Shown here: piece by piece, positions 13,964-28,269 of the stretch
Layout of the letters: every line of letters starts with the position of its first letter
How positions within the stretch are numbered: position 1 is the stretch's first letter
Assembly: GCF_009914755.1 (NCBI RefSeq)
Contig: NC_060936.1
From: the human T2T-CHM13v2.0 reference genome, Homo sapiens
Strand: one strand, 5' to 3'
DNA length: 64,000 nucleotides
The notes under the pieces: generated by a model
What the model was told of the DNA's origin: nothing
Seen by the model: the letters and a program-made list of their open reading frames with translations, nothing else
The model's database searches: none
Position numbers and translations under genes: made by a program

Positions 13964-16900
13964 TTATTACAAAATCCATCTTTTTAATGTATATGTTTCC
14001 ATAATAAAAAGAATAAACACACAACCACCTCAGAGTTTCCAAGATTAATGCCTCAAGTGCATTCAAGAATGCATCCATAGTTCATTTCTTATCCAGACTT
14101 CTAGCTTCTTCTGTCTTCTCCAGACCCATAAAATTACTACTTTTCTTGGAAGAATCTTAGTTGGCGACTGCAATTGGTGAAACCAATCCTGCCTTGAAGG
14201 TAAGGAGACAGGAACCCCTCTCCTAATAGCTAAACAGCCAATGCTGGTTATATTCACCCTTTGTAAGTGAATTTATAAATGGAAATGCCCAGTTGTATCA
14301 TGGAGCCTTCATTACCGGTGTACTGGTTACAACTTGCTAAATACCCTGGCCACCTTTTATTAATAAATTTGCTGCAGCAGGGAAGAAGCATATGCTCTAT
14401 GTTGTACTGCTTCCTGATCTGTTTCCATTTTCCTTGAAGGATCTTATTTCCATTCCTATAATGATTTTTGACTTCTCCATACTTCACAGTTCGGCCCTTA
14501 AATTGGTTTTAAAGAAATGTCATTTCTACCAGAAATATAACATGGATTTAACTTACCACAGATAGATGATAACTTTAAAAATACACAAAATAAAGCTAAG
14601 TAACATTATTAAAATTTATCTAAATTTCTGCATTCTTTTAATTGTAAGGCTTCCTCAGTTCCTGCTGCAAGATGACATTTCTCAGGTTGATGAATGGTCA
14701 CAAAACCAATTTCCACTTCATATGTCAATTTGCAGTCTTTTTCATAGCCTCAATTATACCCAGTTACAATTATAAAAATAAAATATTCGAGTTTTTTTTT
14801 GGAAAGGATGAATAATTCAGCCTTATCTATGGTCACCTTGCTTCCTGATGATACACATTGATCTTACTTGAACTCACCAAAACATAAGGAAGCTCTAGCA
14901 ACAATACCTTGTACCTTTCTCAGAGCTTGCATGTTGCTTACATGCTTCTTTCTGAGTGTCTTTCCTACTCTTTTCTTACAAAATGAACTATTACTTCTAA
15001 ATGTTCTGGAGGAAATCAGTCATGGGATCTTGCAAATTAGAATGGCCTGTATTGGTAAATTTGTGGAAAAGCTAGCTGGTTCTTTATCTCCAGCAACCGC
15101 CGGGGTTACCAGCTAGTCTAAAAATAATCTTCAGTTGAGTTAGTTTTCTGATCATAGTTTAATAAACTGTCATACTTGGGCAAAGTGTGGTCTAAAATTT
15201 TCATGAATAAAAACTGTGTTTGGGTAATTACACCTTTCAGAGTTTGAACCTGTGATGTACCCTGAATGACATGCCCAGTATACAGTGAAGAAAATGAGTT
15301 AAGCTGAGTGATAAATATAGTAGTCAGAACGAAAGACAAAAGAAAAAATAAATTAGAAATGTCTAGAGGCTATAATCAGCAGAAAATCATTTTGAAATCC
15401 ATTGCTTAAAAAATGGAGGAAGAAATAGTAAACAGAAGAAGAAATACTAATTAGAGTTCCAGTGAAGCTTTGGTTTATTCATTAATTTTTGTTTGTTTGT
15501 GTATACCATCCAAACCAAGGCAGAACTGTGTGTATTTGAAGACATGACTTGAAGGATATAGGGAAAAAAGATGAATACTTTTGGAGAAGGAGGGAGTGTC
15601 TGATCCACTTAAGAATTAGAAACAGAGGTACTATGTTAACGTATTTCAGGTGGAAATAACAAAAGATAATTTGAAGCTGTGTGAAAATATACAAGTCTGA
15701 TCTACACAGAAGTACTGCATTATGGCAAACTTTTGAAGACATATGACATACAAACCGAGTTCTTCTGGGGGAATAGAGTTGGCATCGATGTCATAGTATC
15801 TAAGTTTATTCAACAGGATAGGAAAAGAAAGATTATTTTCAGTTCAAATAGTACTTCATTGGCTTGGTTCTTACTCTCTTGGCCTGAAAATATAATATGT
15901 GTTGACTCTAAAAGAGCATTAGATTTTACATTAAAGTAGCTACTAATCATGAAAGTAAAAGGTATTTGAAATTTATTTCTTGGAATGTAGGTAGCATATC
16001 ATGGCCTTGTATCATTAAATTGGTTTGCTAATGTATCTCTACAATTAAAAATATAATCTAAGGCTGTAATTGGTTTCCTCTATAAACTGATCCAGAAAGC
16101 CTGGTTTTCAAGAGGTCAAGAAAGTACAAGTCATCAGATTAGCTCTGTGCAGATGGGGGCACAGAAGGGACCAGACAGGTGAAAAGATGCTTGTGACAGT
16201 CTTTTATAAGTCTCATCACTTTGACTTGTGAAGAAGAAAAGGAAGCCATCTGTGCTGTCATTCTTGTTAACTTTCTGCTTTGGATAGGAAAGATAAACTA
16301 AACACTGAGAATAGGTAAATGAATACAAAACAATATTTGCATCAGGGTTATTGAAAATCAAACTAAGGATGAATGACCTTGCTTCTGTCTGTCACACACA
16401 TTATCCATGTTTTTGCATATACTTATTTTTATGACTGAGAAGCTATTTGTTTTATGAGAAAATACTAAGCATTAATTCTGATTTATATTTGAAGCCAGTC
16501 TATATATTAACCCATTAAAATATGTTTATGTTCATTCACTATTCATTAAGTAATAATGGCTTTTATTTTTAATGTCTGAGTAATCCTTAATTACATATCA
16601 GAGACAGAAAGTGATTTTGATTTGTACATGTCATTTAGAGGAAAGGGTGAAAATTTTAATGTTAATTAAGCCTATACATGTTTTGTTTTGTTTGAGTAAT
16701 AATATTGTCTTCTGCAGCTGCTAATCCCCCAGTTTTATGCTATATAATTGATTTAAGTTTTCAGATCCTTAAGACATTCATTTATTTCCTCCTATCATAT
16801 TCTGCTTCAGGGAAGAGAACTAATACCATTCAGATACTCAAAAGCCTACTAAATATAGGTTATCAGTCACAATAGGTCCTTATTTCTCTAAGTGTCTAGT

Positions 16901-16977
16901 ATTTGGCGTAAAATCATCTATTTGACCAATCTGTATTTCCATAATTTCTATATCTTATGGTGAACTAGGTGTATGTC

Positions 16978-18732
16978 TGATATGGTTTGGCTGTGTTCCC
17001 ACCTAAATCTCACCTTGAATTTTAGTTCCCATAATCCTCACATGTCAGGGGAGAGACCTGGTGGAAGGTAATTTAATCATGGGGGCGGGTACCCTTATGC
17101 TGTTCTCAGGGTAGTGAGTGAATTCTCACAAGATCTGATGCTTTTATAAGGGCCTTTTCCCTTTTGCTCCTTCTTCACCTTCCTGCCGCCATTGAAGAAG
17201 AACATGTTTGCTTCCCCTTTCACCATGACTGTAAGTTACCTGAGGCCTCCCCAGCCATGCTGAACTATGAGTCAATTAAGTCTCTTCCCTTTATAAATTA
17301 TTCAGTCTCAGGCATGTCCTTATAGCAGCATCAGAATGGACTAACACACTAAATTTGTACTGGGAGTAGGGCGCTATTTTAAAGATACCCAAAAATGTGG
17401 AAGTGACTGTGGAACTGGGTAACAGGCAGAGGTTGGAACAGTATAGAAGTCTCAGAAGAAGACAGGAAAATGTGGGAAAGTTTGGAACTTCCTAGAGACT
17501 TGGAGAGCTCAGAAGACAGGAAAATGTGAGAAGGTGTGGAACTTCCTAGAAACTTGTTGAAGGGCTTTGACCAAAATGCTGATAGTGATAGGGACAATGA
17601 AGTCCAGGCTGATGTGGTCTTAGATGGAGATGAGGAACTGTTGGGAACTGGAGAAGAGGCATCTCTTGCTATGTCTGGATGTCCACCCAGAATTTTGGTG
17701 CAGGGGCAGAGTCCACCTGGAGAACCTCTGCTAGGGCAGTGCAGAAGGGAAATGTGGGGTCGGATTCCCCCACACAGAAGCCCCACTGGAGCAATGCCTA
17801 GTGGAGCTGTGAGACAAGGACCACCATCCTTCAGACCCCAGGATGGTAGATCCACTGACAGCCTACACTGTGCACCTGGAAAAGGCAGTGGCACTCAACA
17901 CCAGCCCATTAAAGCACCTATAAGGGGAGCTGTACCCTGTAAAGCCACATGGGAGGAGTTGTGCAAGGCCATGGGAAACCACCTCTTCCATCAGCGTGCC
18001 CTGGATATGAGACATGGAATCAAAGGAGATCATTTTGGAGCTTTAAGGTTTAATGATTGCCATATTGGATTTTAGACTTGTCTGGAGCCTTTATCCCCTT
18101 CAGTTTGGACAATTTCTCCTATTCAGAATGAGTGTATTTACCCATTTCCTGTACTCCCATTGTATCTAGGAAGTAACTAACTTGCTTTTGATTTTACAGG
18201 GTCATAGGCATAAGGGACTTGTCTCATCTGAGATGAGACTTTGGACTTGGACTTTTGAGTTAATGCTGGAATGAGTTAAGATTTTGGGGGACTGTTGAAA
18301 GGGCATGATTATGTTTTGAAATGTGAGGACATGAGATTTGGGAAGAGCCAGAGGTGGAATTATATGGTTTGGCTCTATCCCCACCCAAATTTCATCCTGA
18401 ATATTAGTTCCCATAATCCCCACATGTTGTGGGAGGGACCTGGTGGGAGGTGATTTAATCACGGAGGCAGTTACCCTCATGCTTTTCTCATGAGAGTGAG
18501 TGAGTTCTCATGAGATCTGGTGGTTTTATAAGGGGCTTTTCCCCTTTTACTCCTTCCTTTCCTTCCTGCCACCATGTGAAGAAGGATATGTTTGCTGCCC
18601 CTTCTGCCATGATTGTAAATTTCCTGAGGTCTCCCTAACCAGGCTGAACATTGTATCAATTAAACCTCTTTCCTTTATAAATTATGCAGTCTCAGGTATG
18701 TCCTTATAGCAGCTTGAGAACAGACTAATACA
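16978..18732 (+). mobile_element. THE1D provirus: 5' LTR 16978-17348, internal 17349-18359 (partly deleted), 3' LTR 18360-18732
   Basis: Two THE1D LTRs; THE1-int sequence (gaagtgactgtggaactgggtaacaggcagaggttggaacag); polypurine tract before the 3' LTR; TSD ATGTC/CTGTC. Confidence 0.93.
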
Positions 18733-18799
18733 CTGTCATTTGTATTATTTAACTTATATCTCTACCCAATTTTCTACTTAGAATCTCTTGCTTCATCTC

Positions 18800-19150
18800 T
18801 AGTACATACCATGATCTTATTAAATGTGTGCTTTTATTTTCTGGCCATTTCATTACTTATAGAATAAAATCCAAACCTCTTGGTACAACATGAAAGCTAC
18901 TTTACAATTTGTCTGAAACTAGCATACAGAGCCTCATCTCCTTTGGCTCCACCTCAGACACTGAGTCAGCTGAAGCTCTAGTCTTGCAGTTCCTTCCTTA
19001 TACACTAGTTTCTTCCCTAGAGCATACACATCTCACCTCTCCATTTTCCCAAGGACAATCTTCAAAACCCAGCCCTGCTTAGCCCATGTAAATCCTTTAT
19101 GTAAATCCTTACATTTTTTCCATAATAATGACTGTTCTAGAACCCTCTTT
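18800..19150 (+). mobile_element. L2 fragment
   Basis: L2 motif agaataaaatccaaacctctt...agcctcatctc. Confidence 0.55.
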
Positions 19151-22100
19151 TTGTTAGAGCTTCTCCTCATTTTCTCACAAAGGGAAATGGGAAATAAACC
19201 TGACTCTGCAAATGTGGAAAACATGTACCTCGTATTTATATTTGACTGCCATCAGTAATAAATTTAGATAATTGTGAAGAAGATATTTATTTTAGAGGTT
19301 TTTCTTCTCAAGTTTATTATAGATTTGGTGTAATTATAATTAAATTCTAAAATTTAGAAAGAAGAATAAGGGACTATATATATATATATTCTTTTGTAGT
19401 ATATGTATTTTCCAAAGCTGATGCCATTATATTTTTAATTGCAATACATTATAAAATAATTTATTATATAAAAAAGTAACACCTGGTTTTAGAAAGTTAT
19501 TTGCTTATATGTCTGTCTCTACCTTCTACACTGGAACATACATGGTAATAAATACTGTTTTGTATGATTTTTTTTCTAAATGTAAAGTATCACTATAAAA
19601 AATGATTCAAATAATACTGAAAGTAATGAGAATTAATATTATTTTGACATGCTAAATATCATCTCATGGCCATATTATCTTAGTGTAGGTAAGTAAGTTA
19701 ACTGAATGGAGGGACATCCCCTGAGAGCTTAACTCATCAGTTGTAAGTCATGGCTAAAAATTTAGAAAATTTGGTAGTAGTTTCATCTCAGATTCTAAGC
19801 ATAGTGTTATTATTTGCAGACTATAACATTAACATTTCTAAATAACTATTATGTGTTATTTCCTGAGACCTGGAAACAAAAGGTATTTTTATAAGTGTTT
19901 TAAAGGAAATAATCAAACATACATTACCTAGACCTTAAGAAGAAGAAAATATCCCATATTTTGAGATTCCTAATGAGGATCAAATAGTGAGATGAAATGG
20001 GTCATGACATTTGACTACACATAAGAATAAAAAATCAGAGAGACACGCCCATTCAGGAACTCAGGTTTAGGTGGGGGTGAGACAAGACACACTGTCAGGT
20101 TTTGGCAATTTCAAGTTTTCAATTAGGAAAGCATATTACTATGTAGCATCCAAGCATGTGGAAACAATTTTCTTATTATTCACTTTACATAGATATCTGT
20201 ATAGACTTGCTATGGATCAGGCAGCAAGGGCTGCATACAAAGCAACTCAGCACTCAAAGACAAAGTTAGTCAGAAGTTGAGCAGTTTGCCCACAGGCAGC
20301 AGAGAGCTAGCTACTGAAATAGGGTTCAAGAGCAGTGTTCAGGAGGTGTAATATTTAAATGCAATGCTTACATGACTATCAAGGCAAGGGAACAGAAAAA
20401 CACTGGCAGATAAATAGTCTATAACTTCTTGATTTTATTTCTCATCCATATTATTATTTTATGAGGAGTTAGAAGTAGAGTTGGAAGGTAATTTAATAAC
20501 ATTCTTTTTCTCATGATCACATACAAGACCGCAGGGAAAATTTAATGGATTTGATCATCTGTCTATTTTCCAAATGTACTTTATTGTCATAGTCTTGGCT
20601 ATAATCTTCCCTTTTTTCTCAAATCCTATTTTTAGCCCTCTTAATGTGCTTGTCTCTGAGTAAAATTCCATCAAAAATTATTAATCTATGGTCAAATTTC
20701 TGTTTCTATATTTTTCATGCAGGAATTCAGTTGGCAGTGTCACAGAGATTAAGGCAAATTTACAACTTCAGATGATTGCCATAATAGAAATGCTGAGTAG
20801 AACATAATAAATAGTGCCCGTCCATACAAAATATCTACTTCAATCCTTAGTAAAATAAAATATAAATACAAGGTTTTCTTAGACATTTATAGGGCATTTA
20901 ATGTGCACACATAGGCATTATTTGATGTAATTCTTTTAAACCTGGCTTCCAGTAGCATAAAGCAAATCCATTATATACACATGAATATTAAGGCACATTA
21001 AAATTTAATCTGAATAAGCTGCAGTATCAGTGTTCTAATTGTATTGTTAAAATGTTCAATATAAAAAGCTCAGGAAATTATTAAATATGTTCATATATAT
21101 TAAATTGCTATTTAAACATCTTCAGCTTCTATTCTCATCAATGAAATTTTTTTGCTTTATTATGCTACCATTCAATAAATTATACATTCAATCTTTTGTA
21201 TACAACTGAAAGGTTTACCCACAAAGAATATGCTGAGTAAAGCATTCATAAGTTTCAGTTTGTACTTTATCATTTTCATTTTGGAATTCAGATACTTAAT
21301 GAAAATAATTATTTTTTGATATTATTAACTATTGAGCATTACCTATTTAATCAGCTAGTTTTAATTTACTATCTGCTAAAAGAGAACGAAAATTTAAAAA
21401 GGCACAGCATAAAACTTTTTAAGATTTATTGCCTCATGATGAAACAAGGCAAAAAAAGTATCCCCTGACTGCCTTTAATATAATGTCTGAGTCTTATAAT
21501 TATGATATGGTGCTAAACCTCTTTGCTCTAGATATTATAGTTGAAAGTGCAAATTCCAAGCTTATCTGGAGTACAGATTCATTATGAAGTCGAGAGAGTT
21601 AAGAATGAGAAATAAGGTGAGCAAGGTAGAGTAGGACTAGGTTGTGCAGAGCCTTAAATTTCACTGTTTCCTTGTGTACTAGGACAACAAAGAACTCTGA
21701 GACTTTTAATAGAAAGTAGCATGACAAAGAGTGACTTACAAAAGTTAACCTGGTAATAGGTTCTGAAATTTTATAAGAAGTTTACAGAATGTACTGCTCC
21801 ATTTCCCTGACTTAATCTTCTATTATCAGTGTATCCAGCCTTAAGCCATTAGCTTGGAGATCACACACGAAAGAGCTTTAGAAGAGAGGAAGACTACCAA
21901 ATGATTTAACCAGGATCTTAAAATAATTATACTATGTCAACTAGCTTATGGCTACAATATAAATTTCCATTGGTTGAATTGCCAGAACAGTATAAATAAG
22001 TCACTTATTAATATTGATAGATTTGGAGACGCATACTAAGCAGGAACATTTGAAATAGTGTTAAGGAAACTGTGTTTGCTGTCAGTTCTGCTTATAGAAG

Positions 22101-22309
22101 GCCAAGTGTACCCAATTTATTTCTACCCCATCAAAAAGGTAGGGCATTTAAATAACATGCAATAAGTTAAAAGATAACTGCTTTTTGGGAAAAAATATTC
22201 TTAATGATAAGAGAAAAATATTAATATTTAATAATATTAATATCGTCTATGCACTAGTAAATGAAAGACACTCTGATTTTTAAATGGTCAGATAGTATTG
22301 AGTAATTTC

Positions 22310-23060
22310 ACAGAGAAAGAAATAACAACTGGTCAATAAAATATGTAAAGAAATTTAACCTAACAGTTAAATAGTGTATTTCAAGTTAATATATTTAGTT
22401 GTATTTTTTCCTCAACAAAATGGGACCAGATTGATAATATACACATTGATGAATTTTAGAATGAATAGGTATTCACACTCGGTATGGGTTCTCAGTATAC
22501 CTGGTATATTTTGAAGCATAATGTGTTTGTTGCATAAGAAAAATTCTAGTTTCAGGAATCTAATCTAGAGAACAACAATCACAAAGACGTTCCCTGGAGC
22601 ATTTTGTAGTAGTGAAAACCTCTAATGCTAAACTAGGATGCAGCAGTTAAAACAGTAAGAGGGAACTATATGATTAGCATGGTAAAATCTTCATGCTAAG
22701 TGAAAGGCTGGTGGCAGAATATATACAATGTGATTCTATTTCTACTCTCAAAAACCCAAAGGAAAAAAAATGTGTGTATGTGTGTACACATGTATAACTG
22801 TGTGTGCATATATATATACACATGTATACATACATCACAATATCACATATATATGAACATATAATGAGCATGAAGAGTTTTGGAAGAAATGCGCTAAAAT
22901 AAAAACAGTCCATAACAGTTATTGCCATCAAGAAGGAATGTGGTATGGAGGTAACAGCAAGCAGTCCTTTCACTAGTCACGTACTGTTTGAAGTTTTCAG
23001 ATAAATGGTTCAAGTGTCATTTGTAAAATAAAAAAATAAATGCTTGTGAGGCTATATGAT
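22310..23060 (+). mobile_element. Degraded L1ME 3' region
   Basis: Remnants such as gcattttgtagtagtgaaaacc, atgctaagtgaaagg...atacaatgtgattctattt. Confidence 0.5.
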
Positions 23061-23173
23061 CTTGAAAATAACTGACACAGATTGAATCTAGAACAGATTG
23101 AATACTCTGTAAATTCAAGTATATTTTATGTAATTTTAAAAATGATTTACAACTTTTTAAAATTATAAATATT

Positions 23174-23487
23174 GGCTGGGCACGGTGGCTCATGCCTGTA
23201 ATCCCAGCACGTTGGGAGGCTGAGACAGGTGGATGGCCTGAGCTTAGGAGTTCGCAACCAGACTGGGCAACACGGTAAAACCCCGTCTCTACTAAAATAC
23301 AAAAAATTAGCCGGGTGTGGCAGCAGGCACCTGCAGTCCCAGCTACTAGAGAGGCTGAGTCAGGAGGATTGCTTGAACCCAGGAAGCGGAGGTTGCAGTG
23401 AGCCGAGGTCGTGCCACTGCATTCCAGCCTGGGCGACAGAGCGAGACTCCATCCACCCACCCCCTCCCCCACAAAAAAAAGAGAAAG
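23174..23487 (+). mobile_element. Alu (AluS-type) with C-rich tail
   Basis: Full Alu; TSD AAAATTATAAATATT / AAAATTATGAATATT. Confidence 0.95.
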
Positions 23488-23617
23488 AAAATTATGAATA
23501 TTTGGCTAGATGTAAGAGTAAATTGTATTTCTGCAGTTCTTGAAACAAGAAGAGTTACTGAGGAAGAATAGTATTTTCTGTAGTCACAAATTAATATGTC
23601 AAGTGTTATATTTTAAG

Positions 23618-24032
23618 TACTGCATGATTCCACTTGTATGAGGTATCTAAAATAGTCAAACTCGTAGAAGCAGATAATACAATAGTGCTTTCTAGAGACT
23701 GAAGGGTGGGGGAAATGGGGAGTGATTATTCAAAGATATGAAGTTTCAGTTACACTAGATTAAAAAAATTCTCCTGTAGTTAACCATATGATATTGTAAA
23801 TTTCAAATATGTTAAGAGGGTATGTCTCATATTAGATGTTCTTACTCCAAGGAGAAAACAAAAACAAAATGGAAAAACCAAAGGAAATTCTGGGAGGGAT
23901 TGAACATGTCTATTACCTGGATTCTGGTGATACTGTCATGGATGTTTACATATGCCCAAATTCATCAAATTATACACATTCAATATATGTGGCTCTTTGT
24001 ACATCAATTGCACTTCAATAAAGCTGTTAAAA
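23618..24032 (+). mobile_element. L1MB-type 3' end
   Basis: tactgcatgattccacttgtatgaggtatctaaaatagtcaaactc...cttcaataaagctgttaaaa. Confidence 0.8.
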
Positions 24033-24394
24033 ACAAATTTAAATCATTTTTAAGTATAAAATTTGTTTTCATCAATCTTCTTTGCCATTCTTAACTTTTC
24101 AAAGTTGTAAATGTAGCCATAAATAGAGATGCTGCCGTGCATGTAAATGAGTGAGCATGATGAATGACCTTCCCCATAGAACTGTACTGCATCACAGCAT
24201 GCATCTCATGTGGCATGCAGGTGTTTCTAGAGGAGCTTCAAGTTCAGGCGACTATTTTCCTCTGATATTTCTTGGTTTAGGGCACATATCTATAGTACTT
24301 CTAGTCTTAGAATCCGATACCATTTTTCTTCTCCATAAATTCAGTATCTATAGATTTTGTTATTGGTTTTAAAGTCTTAGTCCAATTTATGATG

Positions 24395-24570
24395 AGGATT
24401 TTAGTCTAGCTCTGCCCTTTGCCAAACCTAGGACATTGGAAAACTTTACCCCTTTCAACATTAATGTTCTCAATTGTAAAAATAGGGTTATTTACCCTTT
24501 TTGTAGGAACTTGTGTGGATTGTATAAGATAAAATAATTAAAGCACCTAACATTGTACCTTATTGATTTT
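24395..24570 (+). mobile_element. MIR
   Basis: Degenerate MIR core (gctctgccctttg...ttctcaattgtaaaaataggg...aaagcacctaaca). Confidence 0.55.
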
Positions 24571-25984
24571 AATAATTCAATTAATAAGTAATCCACTTTC
24601 TCAACCTACTTCTTTGTTGCTACTTATATTTTCTGTCAAATCCTCCATGTGTATTCACTTTCAATTGAAAGGACTCTCACTTTTATAAAAATTTTAAACC
24701 AGTCAGTCCACTTCTTGCCATTCATGTCATAGATGAACAATATATTGCACGTCATATGTCTAATGCGCTCTTTCGTTTTTCAAACCTGTGTTGTCATGGC
24801 TATTCCTTCACTATTGGACAACAAGGTCTTGGCTGTTTTCATAAATGTAGCCCTCTGAAAATTCAGCATGGTCTAATTAGACATTTAAGTTTCTACTTAT
24901 AAATAATAAAGTATGCTTATATAATATAATTACAGGTTTGTGGACTATCTCTGAAATACACATATATACATAGCCCCAGTTTTATGTCATATAATTTTTG
25001 TCTTCTTTCCCTTAAAATCTAAGAAGCTCATTCATAAAAAACAAATTCATAATAACTAAAATTTCCAAATAAGAAGTCAGAAAAATGCAAATATTCTTTC
25101 TCATAATATTACCTTAAATTACACATACTGCATAATCAACAGCCCATTTAGCAGCCTAATAATTTATAATAATATTTATGTGCTGTTTGAATATATTTAT
25201 TATACTTATAGTTCTCATATTTCTATAACTCCAATTTTAAGCCATCTAATTAATTCTGTCATAGTTTTCCCCCTTTTACTGGTTATTACAACTTCATTTT
25301 ATTCCCAGTGAAAGTGATGTAAATAAATAAATATATACTTCTCTGTTTTATGTAGTTATTTTATTTTATTTTAAAATTCAGTAAGCAGATGTTTTCCTGT
25401 TTAGGAATGTTACATGCTGACTAGCATCTAACTTTCTCCTTTTTCTTCTGACTCTCCTCATTCCAAATTCCATTGTCAAACTGTAAAAAAAACTATCAAA
25501 TGTGTCTCTAATGACACCACGTTTCCTTCCTTTCTATTTTCTCTCTGTGACTGGAGTATTCATGTTGGGTAAAATTTAATATGCTAGCCCCAACTGACAA
25601 CATTAAGTTTCTCTGCAAGTGTTATTACTTGATCCATAGGTGCAGACAGTACAACGGACTCTGGAGAGGTTCAGAATATAATTTGTTCTTCACTGGTATT
25701 GTCATTAAGCCCATATATATACAGCAGCAAGGCAATATTTCAGTCAAGATTGGAGGCACTGTATTATCAGCCATTCCTTTAAAATTGAGTAGCACCAAGT
25801 TCTGTCCAGCAAAATAATTCCTTCAACAAATCTACTCCAGCCACAAGATATTTCTAGGCATAATATTTATGTGAAAACTTATCATGAAGACCCTGCTGTG
25901 TTTTTGGATGGTTGGTTTTCCAAACCACTGGAGAGGCTGATAAGCAAATACGACTATAGTATAAACTCTGGCTTAACTTCTATG

Positions 25985-26071
25985 AGATGTGATTTGAAGT
26001 AATTAGTCAAGCTCACATTGACTTTATCCTACTCTGAATTTCTAATTTATTCTGGGGAAGAGAGCTATTTT
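25985..26071 (+). repeat. 87-bp dispersed direct repeat, copy 1
   Basis: 80/87 identical to 27246-27332. Confidence 0.95.
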
Positions 26072-26144
26072 TTGTGTTTTCCTGGACTTCCACCACACCT
26101 TATAAAATAGGCGCTAATAATCTTCAGCCCTGTTCTAGGAGTAA

Positions 26145-26400
26145 TAATAATAATAATGGCGATAACATTTACACCATTTATTATGAATCACATGCTGTTC
26201 TACATCTATATATTAATTAATTTAATCCCTTCAACAGCCCTGGAAGTAAGTTCCTTATTATTCTCTTTCTGCAGATGAGAAAACTGAAGCAACAGAGAGT
26301 TTAATAGTTTGCTCAAAGTCATAGAGATAAAAGGGTCAGAACTGAGATCCTAAACAAGGCATTATGGCTGCAGAGTCCAGTTCTTTACCACTACTATATT
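26145..26400 (-). mobile_element. MIR
   Basis: Core tgcagatgagaaaactgaagcaacagagagtttaatagtttgctcaaagtcatag. Confidence 0.8.
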
Positions 26401-26534
26401 ATACAGAAGAACTGAAAAACACTTTTCTGCCAGTGATTCTATCAGCTTTTTCTTTGTTCCTTAGAGCATGCTATTTCTCTGCTCCTGTTTGGGTGTGCTC
26501 AGAGCACCTGAGCCAGGGCTTAGTGGCCACCTAG

Positions 26535-27480
26535 GGGTATGTATCCGTCAAGTTGTAAACAACAGAAGCTAACTCTTGCTCATATAAACAGAAAAGCATT
26601 TTACTGAAAATGTATTGTATAGTTCACAGAATTGCTTAAGATGTTTTGATAGCAAAGTTAAAAAAACCAACCAAACAAACAAAAACAACAACAAAACAGA
26701 TAAGAACAAGGACATGGTTCCCGACTCTACTAGTATCAAGCTTTGCAGTGAGACTTGCTTTGAACAATGAAATGTAAGCAGAAATTTTAAACACTACTTC
26801 CAAGGAGAAGCTGTAGGAGACATTGCATGATTCTAACATCTCCCTTTTTTTCTATCACACAAGTCACTACATCCCATATAGGAACTGTTCCTAAGGTGTG
26901 AGTCCCAAGCGGAAATAAATGATTGTCGATGATCTCTGAGTTTTTACTTTATCTGGTAAACACCATAATCTAGTTTAAACTGATTCATAAAAGGGACAAC
27001 CAGTAGTAAACATTACCATATCCACAGTGACGTAACAGTGTCAGTTCAATTAGGAAACTGTTTCTTTCTCCAAGGAAATCTGTGTTTGTTAGTTGGCATT
27101 GCTGCCATTGTTGGTACTAACACTGAATCCCAATCTTGCCACCATAGGCATCATTGCTCCAGAAAGAGGATTTGCTGTTGCCATAGTCACTGCCATCATG
27201 GATTTTGCATTGCTCATGTTTCTTTAGTTCCTGATTCAGTGATTCAGATGTGACTTGAAGTAATTACTCAAACTTACTTTGACTTCATCCTACTCTGAAT
27301 TCCTAATTTATTCTGGGGAAGAGAGCTATTTTCAGTGTCTGGGAGAGAGGGATCTGATTATTGGAGTCTAGGACTAGTACTTGTGTATGCCTCAGTTGGA
27401 AGGGTGTCTAGAAAAGCAAATATCTGAGTTATTCAGGTTTTATAGTAGTAAAAGGGCACTTCTCATCCACACTCATGATG
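26535..27480 (-). mobile_element. Old MLT1 (K-O type) LTR fragments
   Basis: agttgtaaacaacagaagctaactcttgct...gaaaagcattttactg...agttcacagaatt at start; gggagagagggatctgatt...gaaaagcaaatatctg near end. Confidence 0.55.
27246..27332 (+). repeat. 87-bp dispersed direct repeat, copy 2 (inside the MLT1)
   Basis: 80/87 identical to 25985-26071; TTCAG on both sides. Confidence 0.95.
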
Positions 27481-28269
27481 AAGAATTGTTTAAATAACAA
27501 AGTGGAATCTTATCAAAGTCATTAGAACTTTCAAGACCTCAAATCTCCCAAGTAAGGCAAGTTGGGTTCTCTCTCCACCCCCTCTCTCAACCCATCACCC
27601 CATCTCTCAATTTCTCTCCCTCTGTCTTTTTCTGTCTCTATCTCTGCCTCTTTCTACCCTTAACTTTATCTCTTTCATTCAACTGAGTTCTAAAACAGCT
27701 ATGATCCTCCATAAATGAGTGAATTATACATGAAGAAAAGAAGTAGGATGAAGACTAAAATTTAGTCTCTGATGAAAGTTACATTGTTTAGTCCAGATTT
27801 ACCATTAACACAGCTGACACAAATATCTTAATTTGAAAGCTATATCTATTTCTCCCTTTGTTCAGAACCTATAAGAAGGAAAGAGTAATGATTACTAGTC
27901 TGCCTCAAAGCCCAATACACTTACTCCGTGAACAATGAAGTAGAGGAGTCTAGCTTCATTCTTCAGAACAAGATACACAGAGATAGCCCCTAATTAGAAC
28001 TGCTATTCCTTACAATGGTGCTTGGTCCTGCAGTCCAGAAACTGGATTTTCTTTGTTTATATTTGATCATTTTTATCAGGGACATAAATTTACATAAATA
28101 GAATTTAGACAAGAAATATATATAAAATATATTGTCAATGTATTAATTGAAAGATATTCCTTTCTAGGAATCAGTATATTCTCTCTTATAACCATTTCTT
28201 AAGGAAAAATTAGTGATCAGAAATTTCTTGATGTGATTTATCCCATTGGCTGAGAAACACAACTTCCAT

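Noticed and set aside
14254-14487. Possible processed pseudogene or retroviral remnant
   Set aside because: No recognisable protein family in the frames I translated
17451-17557. ~54-bp tandem duplication in THE1-int
   Set aside because: I recall it as part of the THE1D-int consensus, so probably not locus-specific; confirm in Dfam
17379-18075. 171-aa and 179-aa ORFs
   Set aside because: Inside the THE1D internal region and spanning a deletion; MaLR relic rather than a gene
23017-23543. 151-aa and 104-aa ORFs, and similar ORFs over other Alus
   Set aside because: Standard Alu translations ([11 protein letters not shown] etc.)
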